Shown piece after piece: positions 9,418 to 19,097 of a stretch of DNA of 64,000 nt (position 1 is the first letter of the stretch; every line of letters begins with the position of its first letter). The notes under the pieces were generated by a model. That model had not been told where the DNA came from and did not search any database. It saw only the letters and a list, made by a program, of their open reading frames with translations. Made by a program: the position numbers and the translations under genes. The DNA lies in IMG/VR virus record IMGVR_UViG_3300031417_000358; one strand, written 5' to 3'. The stretch is from a virus.

Positions 9418-10983
9418 TTGATTTGGGGCAAGTCCCCTGTTTGGAAGGTATTTATGGGATTGCGGGCGTGGGTCAGACGGCTAAAAGCTCGGAATGGGGC
9501 CGTTGCTACACAAGCATCGATGTTCCCCGTTGCGGTGTTCTGGCGCTCGGTCTGCGCCATGAAGCAGCCAGTCCTACTGGTCAAGGGAGACGGGCTTCAG
9601 ATAATCGCAGCCACTGAAGAGGCGCATGAGCTTCTCGGAAGCCGGAACACGAGCGAAATCAGTGCGCTGTTGCAGGGCGGGTTGGACACGCACACGCTGT
9701 CGCGCATCCAGATTGCGGTCACGAACCCTGTCGCCCTGGTCACAGAGTTGCCGATTATGATACAGAGCCCGGGTGTTTATGTAAACGTCAACTTGACGGT
9801 ATCGACGTTGCCGGAATATCCGGAGCCGAACGCGGCCTTGCTGTTGCTGAAGGATGCGCGCAGCTCGTCCATGCCGGAGTGGGCGCGGACCGCCCGTGAG
9901 TTGCTGTCCCGGATTCCGTTGCCGGCCTGGGTCGTGGATGCGACAGGGAGCGTCGTGTTCTCGAATGCAGCCTATCCTGAGTTCCCGCTGGAACTCATCC
10001 GGGGCGAATCCCTGGCTGCTGAAAACTCGGATGGCGACGTTGCCGAGAACATGGCGCGGCTTCTGGCCGATGTTCAACGTGTCCCGCTGAAGGTCAGAAG
10101 TACATCGACGATGTCGGAGGAGAAGTACAACCTGGGCGCGCACGGCCAGTGGCGCGTGCTGCATTTCCCGCTGAAGAACCGTGCCGGCGGCCGTTTTGTG
10201 GGCGTGGTCGCCATACCGCAGGACAAGCCCCAATCGCGCCGATGTGTCCGCATGCTGGATGCGCTGGACGCGCAGTCGCTGCCGGACCCGGACGCGCTGA
10301 CGCAGGTTTTGCAAGTCAAGGAGGCCGAGCGCACTGCCCTGGCGCGGGAGATTCACGACTCGCTCGGGCAGGAGCTTACCGTGCTCAAGCTGGAGCTGCG
10401 CCGCCTCTACAACATGGTGGTCGGTACGGCCGCCGCGTCGACGCTGATAGTGGAGCACTTCAATTCCGTGCGCCACCTGGTCGACAACCTGGCAAAGTCT
10501 GCGCGCCGGATTGCGTATGAAATGCGGCAGGACATGGTAACCGGCGGAGGCTTGTCCCAGTCAGCCCAGCAGCTGGTTGTCGATTTGCGCGAGCGGCTGG
10601 GCCTGCAAATTCAGCTTGAAATCATGCCGGGTTGGGTGGACCCGGAGCAGGGCATGGCGCACCACATGCATCGGAGCCTGCAGGAGATGCTCAACAACGT
10701 GAGCAAGCATGCAAAGGCAAACCGCTGCCTGGTGCGGATGGGCCTGACCGGCAACGCGTTCTGGCTCGAGGTGCGCGATGACGGAATCGGCATGCCGGCC
10801 CAGATGACCAAGCGGTCCATCGGACTGCGCAGTCTGACCGAGCGCGCGGAAATCTACGGCGGACGGGTGAGCATCCAGACACGTCCGGAAGTGGACGGCA
10901 CGCTCGTGCGGATGGAATTGCTGGAGCGTCGGCTTCAGCCGGCAGGGCGCCAATCGCAGCCGGCGCTCGGCCACGTGCAATAA
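9418..10983 (+). CDS. HisKA_3 (NarX/UhpB-type) sensor histidine kinase with PAS-like domain
   Basis: AREIHDSLGQEL H-box, LQEMLNNVSKHA N-box, VRDDGIG G1 box; start uncertain (alternative ATG 9559). Confidence 0.88.
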   Translation: MIWGKSPVWKVFMGLRAWVRRLKARNGAVATQASMFPVAVFWRSVCAMKQPVLLVKGDGLQIIAATEEAHELLGSRNTSEISALLQGGLDTHTLSRIQIAVTNPVALVTELPIMIQSPGVYVNVNLTVSTLPEYPEPNAALLLLKDARSSSMPEWARTARELLSRIPLPAWVVDATGSVVFSNAAYPEFPLELIRGESLAAENSDGDVAENMARLLADVQRVPLKVRSTSTMSEEKYNLGAHGQWRVLHFPLKNRAGGRFVGVVAIPQDKPQSRRCVRMLDALDAQSLPDPDALTQVLQVKEAERTALAREIHDSLGQELTVLKLELRRLYNMVVGTAAASTLIVEHFNSVRHLVDNLAKSARRIAYEMRQDMVTGGGLSQSAQQLVVDLRERLGLQIQLEIMPGWVDPEQGMAHHMHRSLQEMLNNVSKHAKANRCLVRMGLTGNAFWLEVRDDGIGMPAQMTKRSIGLRSLTERAEIYGGRVSIQTRPEVDGTLVRMELLERRLQPAGRQSQPALGHVQ

Positions 10984-11017
10984 CTTGGTGTTTGAATAAA
11001 AAGAAGGAGAATCACTG

Positions 11018-11656
11018 GTGACTCTGCCAGAAGTAGTTGTTGTAGATGACCACAGCATGGTGCGCAAGGGCGTCACGGGGCTGTTGCAGGAGCTGGGCTG
11101 GACCATCACCGCCCAGGCGGCATCCCTGCAGCAGGCGCGGGAAGTGTTGTCAGAGCATAACTGGACCATGCTGGTGCTGGACCTGAACCTGCCTGATGGA
11201 GATGGACTTGAACTCATTGAGGAGTTACGGTCGGCCGGCCACAGCCAGCCAATTCTCGTCCACAGCCTGATGCCGGACGCCGCGGTGGCGGCACGCGTGT
11301 TCAAGGCCGGCGGAAACGGGTTCATCGGCAAGACGTGCGAGCCGGAGGATTTCCAGGCAGCGTGCCGCAAGGTGTTCGCGGGCGGCCGATACGTCAGCAC
11401 CGAGTACGCGGAAGCGCTCGCGATGTCGCTTTCCGGCGGCGCGTCGTCCAACCCGCACGAGAAGCTGTCGGACCGGGAATACAAGGTAATGTGCCTGATT
11501 GCCGCCGGCAAGACGCCATCGCAGGTAGCGGCAGCCCTGGACTGTAACGTGAATACGATTTCGACCTTCCGGGCGCGCATCCTCAAGAAGCTCGACCTCA
11601 AGACCAGCATGGACATCATGCGTTACGCGTTGAGCCGGAAGCTGGTGAACCTTTGA
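11018..11656 (+). CDS. NarL/FixJ-family response regulator (REC + LuxR HTH)
   Basis: VVVDDH, LDLNLPDGDG, LSDREYKV..IA..L..TISTFRARILKKL. Confidence 0.93.
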   Translation: MTLPEVVVVDDHSMVRKGVTGLLQELGWTITAQAASLQQAREVLSEHNWTMLVLDLNLPDGDGLELIEELRSAGHSQPILVHSLMPDAAVAARVFKAGGNGFIGKTCEPEDFQAACRKVFAGGRYVSTEYAEALAMSLSGGASSNPHEKLSDREYKVMCLIAAGKTPSQVAAALDCNVNTISTFRARILKKLDLKTSMDIMRYALSRKLVNL

Positions 11657-11691
11657 CAAATAGACCGCACGGGCTGTGCGGTCTATTTGTC
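11655..11691. terminator. Perfect 16-bp stem hairpin between convergent genes
   Basis: GACAAATAGACCGCAC-GGGCT-GTGCGGTCTATTTGTC. Confidence 0.75.
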
Positions 11692-11701
11692 GTGGCCTAG
11701 C

Positions 11702-12553
11702 TTATTTTCCGCTGACGGTCATCGGAACCGTGTACCCGGGATGGACCGGGCCAAAGTTCAAGTAAAGTCGGTAGGTCACGGGGCCTACTGCGGTGGGTGT
11801 CGCAGTGACAGTGAACGTACACGAGCTGCCGCCAGGTAGCTGGTACGTGTTGTCCGTCGGGCAGCCTTGGGACACGTTGAATACGACACGGTTACCCGCG
11901 CTGTCGCCCTCCTGGCCAAACCCGATGTAGTGCGGGGCATCGCCAGTGTTTGTCACGGTCACGGACTTCACCACGGAGGCGCCAACTGCCACTGTACCAA
12001 AGTCCAGGGACGCGACATCGATGACCGGCGATGCAACACCTCCTTTTCCGGTAACGTTGTATGTAGCGACCGGCTCCGTGGTCGATGCCGAGCGCAGGTA
12101 AACCGTTGCAGCGTAGTCGATGCGGTCCGTTGGGTTGAACCCAATGGTAGCTTTGCAGGTTGCGCCCGGCGCGAGATTGAGTTTCCGGTTCGGCAGGCCG
12201 CACGTGGTTTGCATCGGCCCAATCCTGACGTTAAAGCCACTGCCGACGCTCTCCATGAACGAGTCTGTAATCGGCACCGACCCTGTGTTGGTGATGGTGA
12301 GCTGAACCCCACTGCCGTTGCCAATTGCGACCACGCCCAAATTGCTGCCGGTGCTGGATGTAATGCGTCCCTGCGGGGTATTCGGCTTCTCCGGTGCGGC
12401 AGCGGGGGTATCGGAGGGCCGCGCACGCATGGCACAGCTGGCGCCGGTGCACTTGGCTGGCGCGGGTACGCGCATGAAGTATTGCTCAGCCGCGCTGGCA
12501 GGCAGCCCGATAGCAGCAAGGACGAGGGCGAGGAGGATATTGGATTTTTTCAT
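11702..12553 (-). CDS. Secreted protein with two Ig-like (ASH/choice-of-anchor D-like) domains
   Basis: Sec signal; LTITNTGSVPI, SLDFGTVAVG..SVTVTNTG, C.FTVTATPT. Confidence 0.75.
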   Translation of the reverse strand: MKKSNILLALVLAAIGLPASAAEQYFMRVPAPAKCTGASCAMRARPSDTPAAAPEKPNTPQGRITSSTGSNLGVVAIGNGSGVQLTITNTGSVPITDSFMESVGSGFNVRIGPMQTTCGLPNRKLNLAPGATCKATIGFNPTDRIDYAATVYLRSASTTEPVATYNVTGKGGVASPVIDVASLDFGTVAVGASVVKSVTVTNTGDAPHYIGFGQEGDSAGNRVVFNVSQGCPTDNTYQLPGGSSCTFTVTATPTAVGPVTYRLYLNFGPVHPGYTVPMTVSGK

Positions 12554-12577
12554 AATGGATAGAGAGTCTTTCGCGTA

Positions 12578-12970
12578 TCACGCGTCCTGGCTGCAGCACA
12601 CTGCAGTGCCGGCGTAGGTGGCGTCCGAGCACGCGGGGACCGTGTGCACCCCGACTTTCTCATTCGCGGCCAGGCAGACATCGCGGTTATCCACCGACCG
12701 GTACGCGTAGCCGTCGATGATTTCCCACCCCGGCAGCGCCGTGGTCAGTGTCTTGCTGGTGACCAGGTCAGTCACCGAAGTCGCTTCCGCACCCGTGTTG
12801 GCTTGGTAAAGCACCAAGGCGCCGCGCAGTTGCGACCCTTCATTCAGGATTTGTGCGGATTGTGCGTGGCGGCTCCCTTCGGTGACGGTATCACCTCCGT
12901 GATACAAGGTGGCCGCAACGACCGCGACGACTAGCGCCACGCTGACAATAACGATGATGAGAGAAAACAT
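12578..12970 (-). CDS. Type IV pilin-like protein lacking a class III leader and Glu5
   Basis: MFSLIIVIVSVALVVAVVAATLYHGG hydrophobic N-helix, amphipathic helix ..QLRGALVLY, C-terminal Cys residues. Confidence 0.7.
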   Translation of the reverse strand: MFSLIIVIVSVALVVAVVAATLYHGGDTVTEGSRHAQSAQILNEGSQLRGALVLYQANTGAEATSVTDLVTSKTLTTALPGWEIIDGYAYRSVDNRDVCLAANEKVGVHTVPACSDATYAGTAVCCSQDA

Positions 12971-13100
12971 AATATTGACTACCTGTTAACTGTGTTGGCG
13001 GATGAGCTCTAGGGCTGTCCCCTTAAAAATTAGTATAGGAACGCAAGGGATTGATGCGGCCGGCTATGTCCTTGGCTCCGTCGCCGAAGTAAGCCGTTTC

Positions 13101-13207
13101 GTGGCTAAAGTTGGGCATTTCATAGGATACTAACGGTATCGCCCCGTACATCCCATATCTATGACAAGCCCTCCACGTAAGCGCAAGCCGCGGAGTGCCT
13201 CCGGCGC
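13101..13207 (+). repeat. Diverged copy of the ruvB promoter and first ~16 codons
   Basis: Aligns with 14349-14453; encodes [16 protein letters not shown] vs [16 protein letters not shown]. Confidence 0.85.
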
Positions 13208-13253
13208 TATACACCACAGGTCGCCCGACCAGTTTCTTCCATTTGTGAGCGCC

Positions 13254-14333
13254 GTGCCCAACAAAACAGCCGTCCAATCTGCCATTCTGGCCGCCGCCCT
13301 GGCGGCCAGTCTGCCTGCGCTTGCCACCGACTTCTACGTCGTGGTACCCGTAAAAAACCGTACCGGGACGGCGCCCAGCGTTGCCGTGGAGCTGAGCCCG
13401 TACAGCCTTACAGCTGGCCAGGTCGGCCAAGCCTATGCCGGCTTCGATTTCAACCAGGTGCTGCGAGTCACCGGAGACCCCGCGTTCGCCCCTGGTCGAG
13501 TACGCTGGGCACTTGCGGCGGGCGCGCTGCCGCAGGGCCTCGCGCTCGGGGCCAACGGTCTGCTCAGCGGCACGCCGGCCGGCGCCGGCACAGCCCGCTT
13601 CGAGGTCACCGCGACGTACGGCGCCAAGTCGGGTGCCCAGGCCTACGAGGTGGCGGTTGCCGAGCGGCCCGACATCGCACAGCTCGGCGGAGCCCGCGCC
13701 TGGGCGGACGGCACCTACGCCGCCACCTGCAACGGTTACCGGAACCCGGCGGCACCGCGGCGCTACTTCGGCGCCACCGGAGATGGCATCTACCGCATCA
13801 ACGCCGGCGGCGGGCTTACGGACGTCTACTGCGACATGACCACCAACGGCGGCGGCTACACCGTGGTGGCGGTGGCGCGTGATAGTCGACCCAGCGGCGC
13901 GACGTATCTGCAGGCCGCACCGGATGCCCCGCCCACGCCAGGCCAGCCAAATGGCGCCTACCTTCCCCGGGCAGTTGGCCTTGCCCTGGCCAACCTCGCT
14001 GCGGAGGTGCGCATCTCCGAGTACGGCACCGGCAACGCCGTCTGGTCTAGCCATTCAACAGTGCTGGGGAACCTGCGCCAAGGTCGTGTGGCCAACTATA
14101 CCGCGCAGCAGACGCTTGACCCGTCTGACCAGTGGGCGCAGAGCCAGCCGGGGGTGACGCAGTTCAACACCACCTGCGCCAACGCGCCGAGCGGCGACAA
14201 CCAGAACAACACCTACCCGAGCTTCTACTGGGGCGGCTGTAACATGCATGGCCTGCACATTCTGGTAGGCGGGGAGGCGACTTGGGACTTTTCTGTGGCC
14301 GGTACCCGGCAATTCGTCATCAGCTACCGTTGA
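13254..14333 (+). CDS. Secreted Ig-domain + fibrinogen-like (YCDxxxxGGG) protein, putative adhesin
   Basis: Signal peptide from GTG 13254 (ORF is open from 13161); FYVVVPV motif, LPQGL.L...GLLSGTP Ig repeat, DGIY..VYCDMTTNGGGYT. Confidence 0.8.
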   Translation: MPNKTAVQSAILAAALAASLPALATDFYVVVPVKNRTGTAPSVAVELSPYSLTAGQVGQAYAGFDFNQVLRVTGDPAFAPGRVRWALAAGALPQGLALGANGLLSGTPAGAGTARFEVTATYGAKSGAQAYEVAVAERPDIAQLGGARAWADGTYAATCNGYRNPAAPRRYFGATGDGIYRINAGGGLTDVYCDMTTNGGGYTVVAVARDSRPSGATYLQAAPDAPPTPGQPNGAYLPRAVGLALANLAAEVRISEYGTGNAVWSSHSTVLGNLRQGRVANYTAQQTLDPSDQWAQSQPGVTQFNTTCANAPSGDNQNNTYPSFYWGGCNMHGLHILVGGEATWDFSVAGTRQFVISYR

Positions 14334-14348
14334 GACGTCCCCATCCGC

Positions 14349-14453
14349 GTGGCCTAAATAGGTATTTCATGGTATACTAAGGGTATCCACTTACCTTCCT
14401 GTATCCATGACAGACACTCCGCGTAAGCGCAAGCCACGCAGTGCCGGCGGCGC
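14349..14453 (+). repeat. ruvB promoter and 5' end, duplicated at 13101-13207
   Basis: Shared ATTTCAT..ATACTAA.GGTATC and CGTAAGCGCAAGCC. Confidence 0.85.
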
Positions 14454-15471
14454 CGAGCAGGCCGCCGCGCCCACGACCATCGTATCCCCTGCAACCCAGC
14501 CCGGGGAGCCCGGCGAAGACCGCGCGCTGCGGCCAAAGCGCCTGGCCGACTACGTTGGCCAGCAGCTCCTGCGCGACCAGCTGGCCATCTCCCTCGAGGC
14601 GGCTTCCGCCCGAGCTGAGGCGCTCGACCATGTGCTGCTGTTCGGACCGCCTGGCCTGGGCAAGACGACACTGGCGCAAATCATCGCGGCCGAGCTCGGT
14701 GTCGGCCTGAAGGTGACCGCGGGGCCGGTGCTGGAGAAGCCGGGCGACATCGCCGTGCTGCTCACGCAGCTCTCGGCAAACGACGTGCTGTTCATCGACG
14801 AGATTCACCGGCTACCCCCGGTGGTCGAAGAAGTGCTCTACCCGGCAATGGAAGATTACAAGCTCGACATCCTGGTCGGCGAAGGCTCCGAGGCGCGCAC
14901 GGTCACCGTGCCCCTGGCGCCATTTACCCTGGTAGGCGCCACCACGCGCGCGGGCAGCCTGACGGCGCCCCTTCGCGACCGTTTCGGCATTACCGGCCGC
15001 ATGGAGTATTACACCGCGCCGGAGCTGGAAGCCATCGTGACCCGGTCCGCCGGGCTACTAGGGCTGGTGCTGCAGCCTGGTGTTGCGCTGGAGGTGGCGC
15101 GCCGCGCGCGCGGGACCCCGCGAATCGCCAACCGGCTGCTGCGCCGGGTGCGGGACTATGCGCAGGTACGCGGCCCGGTCGTAGGCGAGGTTCGACTGGA
15201 GGAGGCGAAGGCCTCGCTGGCGCTGCTGCGCGTGGACCCGGTCGGTTTGGACCAGCAAGACCAGCGGCTGCTGCGCGCGCTCGTGACCACCTACGGCGGC
15301 GGCCCAGTGGGCCTGGAGACGCTCGCCGCGGCGCTGGGCGAGAGCAGCGACACGCTCGAGGACGCGGTGGAGCCGTACCTCATCCAGCAAGGCTACCTGC
15401 AGCGCACGCCGCGCGGCCGTGTCGCCACCGACCTGGCCAAGAGCCACATGTCCAGCATCGAGGAGATTTAG
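14407..15471 (+). CDS. ruvB: Holliday junction branch migration ATPase RuvB
   Basis: [41 protein letters not shown]. Confidence 0.96.
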   Translation: MTDTPRKRKPRSAGGAEQAAAPTTIVSPATQPGEPGEDRALRPKRLADYVGQQLLRDQLAISLEAASARAEALDHVLLFGPPGLGKTTLAQIIAAELGVGLKVTAGPVLEKPGDIAVLLTQLSANDVLFIDEIHRLPPVVEEVLYPAMEDYKLDILVGEGSEARTVTVPLAPFTLVGATTRAGSLTAPLRDRFGITGRMEYYTAPELEAIVTRSAGLLGLVLQPGVALEVARRARGTPRIANRLLRRVRDYAQVRGPVVGEVRLEEAKASLALLRVDPVGLDQQDQRLLRALVTTYGGGPVGLETLAAALGESSDTLEDAVEPYLIQQGYLQRTPRGRVATDLAKSHMSSIEEI

Positions 15472-15473
15472 CC

Positions 15474-16097
15474 GTGACTGTGGAACCGCAAGAGAAAACG
15501 TCCTGGGCATCCAGGCTGCTGGCCGCGGCCAAGACCGGCCTGACATCAGTTTTTCCCGCGCTGGGTGCCGTCGACGCTGCGAAGGATTTCATCTCCGAGG
15601 CGGTCGCGCAGCGCATTCGCGATGAGGCCTGTGCAAAGGCGCAGGCCCTGCTGACCCAGGCGCACCGGGACGTCATCCACAATATCGCCTGGCAGAACGG
15701 CTTGCTCCTGCTGTCGATATTGCCGGTGTACCTGCTGCACTCAGCGGTGCCGTTCTACGTCGCCTACGCCTGCGTGGCCGGCTACACGGCGTACTCGGTG
15801 TTCCAGTCACGCGCCCTGGTGGCCAAGCTGCTGGGCACGCGCAGCCTCACCCAAACGCTGGCGCTGGAAGTGCGCGAAGCTGTCGAGCAGGAGCTGACGC
15901 AGCGGCAGTTTTACGAGCGCAAGGTCGTCGAGTGGCTCGGGCCAGACCTGGACCGGCTGTCCCAGGATGTTGCTCGCAAGCTCCGTCCAGAGGTGCGTGC
16001 GGCCGTCGTGAACATGGCCTTCACGCTCCTCATGGCATTCGTGGCCTTCCGCCTTTTCGCCATCCCGCTGCTCGAGCACAAGGCGCTCATGCACTGA
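15474..16097 (+). CDS. Hypothetical membrane protein
   Basis: GTG start 2 bp after the ruvB stop; hydrophobic segments. Confidence 0.7.
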   Translation: MTVEPQEKTSWASRLLAAAKTGLTSVFPALGAVDAAKDFISEAVAQRIRDEACAKAQALLTQAHRDVIHNIAWQNGLLLLSILPVYLLHSAVPFYVAYACVAGYTAYSVFQSRALVAKLLGTRSLTQTLALEVREAVEQELTQRQFYERKVVEWLGPDLDRLSQDVARKLRPEVRAAVVNMAFTLLMAFVAFRLFAIPLLEHKALMH

Positions 16098-16109
16098 CGC
16101 GGCCCGCGG

Positions 16110-17183
16110 TCACGCCCGGCGCCGCTCGCCGGTCTCCATCCTGTCGACGTACCGGGCCATCAACGGCAGGAATTCATAATTCCCGCTGGGCATGATGTCC
16201 TCGGTTTCGCGCGTAGCACGGTACCGGATACCGGGGATGAGTTTGCGTTCGTCCATCCAGACGAGTTGGACGCCATAGCGCGGTTCGGCGCCGAAGGCTG
16301 CGAGCCCCTGGAACAGGCGGGACTGCCAGTCGCCTATCAGGCGCCACTGTACACGTTGCTCCAACCAGATGTCGCGCACCACCGGGCCGCTGCCAGCGGC
16401 CCACTGCTGTAGCTCCTCCAGGGAGAACCAGCCGGTATTGAACAGCTTCGGCTGGTTCGTGTCCAGGTAGAAAATCACCTCGTCCTTGGCGTCGTCGAAC
16501 CAGGCTGGCGTGAGCGTGCGGTAGGTGCAGCCGGCGGCCTCAAGCTGCCCAATGAGGCCTGTCGCATCTACCGCGCGCGCCAGTTCGCGCGTGGTCAAGT
16601 CCCGCTCCACCAGATGCGCGTGGTCTTCAGGCGTCAACCGGCTCATGCGCAGCAGCTTCATGGGCCCTGGGCTGCCGGTCAACCTTGGCGGCTCCAACAC
16701 GGCTACATCGCGGGCCAGCAGCGCGTCCTGAAGTTGCTGCAGCAAAGCGAGGTTCGCCTGTCCGCGAGCGTGCACGGCGAAACCGCTGGCCCCCCAAGCG
16801 GCCACCACGTCGTGTTCGGGCAAACTCAGCCGATGCGTAGGGTCATGGAAGAACTCAACGTCGAAGCGCCGCGCCAGCTCGAGCTCGGGCTCCCCGGGCG
16901 CAACAGACGGTTCGGTCAGCAGCAGCAGGGCAGCCGGGTAGGAGCGCCGATTGCTCAGCCTCGGCCGGGACACATACGGCAAGTACCGCAGGCCCGGAAG
17001 GGCAGGGTTGACCTGTCGGTCGACCAGGCCAATCGGATACTCCGGGAGCTCGACGCCCAGCAAGCCAAGGAGCGGCGAGATGCCCTGGACGTGCTCGGCG
17101 CGCCGGTCGAACCCGAGCGACAGCCCGACCATCACGCCGTTGGTGTCGAACAGCCAGCCGACGTCCTGATAGGACCGTTTCAT
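16110..17183 (-). CDS. Hypothetical protein (357 aa)
   Basis: Long ORF with protein-like composition; no recognised motif. Confidence 0.75.
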   Translation of the reverse strand: MKRSYQDVGWLFDTNGVMVGLSLGFDRRAEHVQGISPLLGLLGVELPEYPIGLVDRQVNPALPGLRYLPYVSRPRLSNRRSYPAALLLLTEPSVAPGEPELELARRFDVEFFHDPTHRLSLPEHDVVAAWGASGFAVHARGQANLALLQQLQDALLARDVAVLEPPRLTGSPGPMKLLRMSRLTPEDHAHLVERDLTTRELARAVDATGLIGQLEAAGCTYRTLTPAWFDDAKDEVIFYLDTNQPKLFNTGWFSLEELQQWAAGSGPVVRDIWLEQRVQWRLIGDWQSRLFQGLAAFGAEPRYGVQLVWMDERKLIPGIRYRATRETEDIMPSGNYEFLPLMARYVDRMETGERRRA

Positions 17184-17395
17184 AACCCCACCCTAATGCC
17201 GCCAGAGCAGGACATCCCGCGCGTAATCGCCATCTTGTTCCTCTTTAGCCGTGTGCTCGAGGTGCTTGTGCCTGAACCAAGTCGGCCCGGCGCCTGCCGC
17301 AGTTGCGACACGAGCAGGTCAGCACCATGCGTTCAGCATATCAAAAAAGACATTTTTACCGCTTTTTACACTCGCCAAGCGTGCGGGCTCCGCAC

Positions 17396-17413
17396 CTATA
17401 CTCGGATAGGACA
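17396..17413 (+). promoter_or_regulatory. CTATAC-N6-AGGACA motif
   Basis: Exact motif upstream of the 17530 gene. Confidence 0.6.
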
Positions 17414-17529
17414 TATCTGCAAGGAACCCGTGTCTTCAGGAGTTTGGCTTTACAGCTAAACATGCACAAATTTGCCAGGCGAAGTTAACTATGGGTGAAC
17501 CAGCCTGGTATTCACACAAGGGATAAATT

Positions 17530-17745
17530 ATGCTTTTCGGTTTCGCAATCAATAACAACGGCAGCACCAACTTCGGCATCACTAAAGAAAATTCGGAAGA
17601 GGCCGCTCGCCAGAAGGTCGCCACCGAGACCGGCGTCTCCATCGACGATGTCGTCATGATGTCGGCCGAGGAAGCGCTGAACGAGTACGATGAAGTTGCC
17701 TTCCTGGCACCTGCTGAGCTGGCGCCGGCGGACATCGACGAGTAA
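17530..17745 (+). CDS. Small acidic hypothetical protein
   Basis: 71 aa; AGGGA RBS; followed by a terminator at 17761-17800. Confidence 0.7.
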   Translation: MLFGFAINNNGSTNFGITKENSEEAARQKVATETGVSIDDVVMMSAEEALNEYDEVAFLAPAELAPADIDE

Positions 17746-17962
17746 CAGCACTCCCCTCTCAACCCTTCAACTGTCTTTGACAGCTGGAGGGTTTTCTTTT
17801 GTCAACACCAGCGCCGGGCGCGCGAAGTCTCTGTGTAGCGACATTGGTAAGGCAGCGTCTGTTGCGTAGCTGTTTTGGTAACTCAGGTAGTGGTTTACGC
17901 GTGCGCCGGCGCTCGCCGCTATACGGAATGTAGGTCATTTACAATAGGACATTGGAGAAATC

Positions 17963-18439
17963 ATGAAAATCTGGAAAGCACGTGGCAAACAAGACGGCAA
18001 GCTGGGGGAAGTATCGGTTCGCGGCGAAACCTGGAAGGTAGCGGAAGCTGCCGCGCGCGCCGAGCACGGCATGGAGGTTCGCGACATGGTGCTGGTGGGC
18101 CTGCCGGACATCCTGCTCGGTCGTCTTTGCTCCGAGCATGGCTGGACCCGTGACCGCATTGTGCCCACGGTGTGGAAAGACTTCCCGACGGCGGTCGGCC
18201 CGAGGCGTGCATTCGTCCAGGTGGTCGTGCCCGACAACGGCCTGGGCCAAATCTGGCTGACGGGCGAATACACCAGCGAAGGCAACAATGCGCTGGTGGG
18301 CTGCGCGGCTTACCTGTCGCAGGATTCCGACCTCGAAGAACTCGACGCCGGCGTTGACGCGTTCGCACAGAGCGTGACGAAGGTAATCTCGGAGACCTAC
18401 GCAGGCCGGCTGCTGCGTCCGTATCCTCTGCCGTTATAA
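17963..18439 (+). CDS. Hypothetical protein
   Basis: GGAG RBS, CTATAC at 17919, terminator at 18460-18484. Confidence 0.75.
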   Translation: MKIWKARGKQDGKLGEVSVRGETWKVAEAAARAEHGMEVRDMVLVGLPDILLGRLCSEHGWTRDRIVPTVWKDFPTAVGPRRAFVQVVVPDNGLGQIWLTGEYTSEGNNALVGCAAYLSQDSDLEELDAGVDAFAQSVTKVISETYAGRLLRPYPLPL

Positions 18440-18539
18440 GGCATTCCCGTAGCATCCTCAAGCCCAGCACTGCTGGGCTTTTTTCGTGGGCGCGCAAAAG
18501 AAAATCGCTCCGGTGAGGGAGCGATTAGGGGAGAAAGGG

Positions 18540-18920
18540 TCAGTCGTACATACGGTTACTGTGCACGAGGTCGTACTGCCTCATCAGGTCTGCCAGGTTG
18601 TCGCGGAAGCGTTTGTCCAGTTCGGTGTCGATGAAACCAATCTGCTTGACGCTTTTCACGAAGTCCGAGTCAATCGAATAGAGCGCCGCGTTGCGGACCC
18701 AGACGATGACTTCGTCAGCATGAAAGCTGCTGTCCTTGAATGCCGGGCTCTTCTTGGTCAGAAGCGCGCCACCAACCGGAACTTCACCTGTGCGCATGAC
18801 CAGGGTCGTGCACGGTGCGACTGCGATACGGCCATTGACCATACCCAGAACCACAGCAGGACGACGTTTCTTATGCGGGTCCGACGGGTCAACCCAACCA
18901 GTGATAGTTACTAATTTCAT
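18540..18920 (-). CDS. PemK/MazF-like protein
   Basis: KKRRPAVVLG...IAVAPCTT matches the PemK/MazF N-terminal motif; GGAGG RBS before ATG 18920. Confidence 0.55.
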   Translation of the reverse strand: MKLVTITGWVDPSDPHKKRRPAVVLGMVNGRIAVAPCTTLVMRTGEVPVGGALLTKKSPAFKDSSFHADEVIVWVRNAALYSIDSDFVKSVKQIGFIDTELDKRFRDNLADLMRQYDLVHSNRMYD

Positions 18921-19097
18921 AAATGCCTCCATATCGGCTATTTCCACGTATTCGTATAGCGCGAAATGATGTGTATCCCGGTGCTGGAGGCTGCGTGGTA
19001 CGTTTTTCCGTGACGCATAACGACAAATAGGATTATCGTGATGTGTCACAAAAAACCTCCATGGCATTGCTGCGCATGGAGGTCGGAGAGCGGTTTT

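Noticed and set aside
13161-13207. PRKRKPR resembles a eukaryotic nuclear localisation signal
   Set aside because: Better explained as a duplicated ruvB 5' end; there is no evidence of delivery to eukaryotic cells
17414-17529. Structured 5' leader of the 17530 gene as a riboswitch
   Set aside because: Only short hairpins, with no recognisable aptamer consensus
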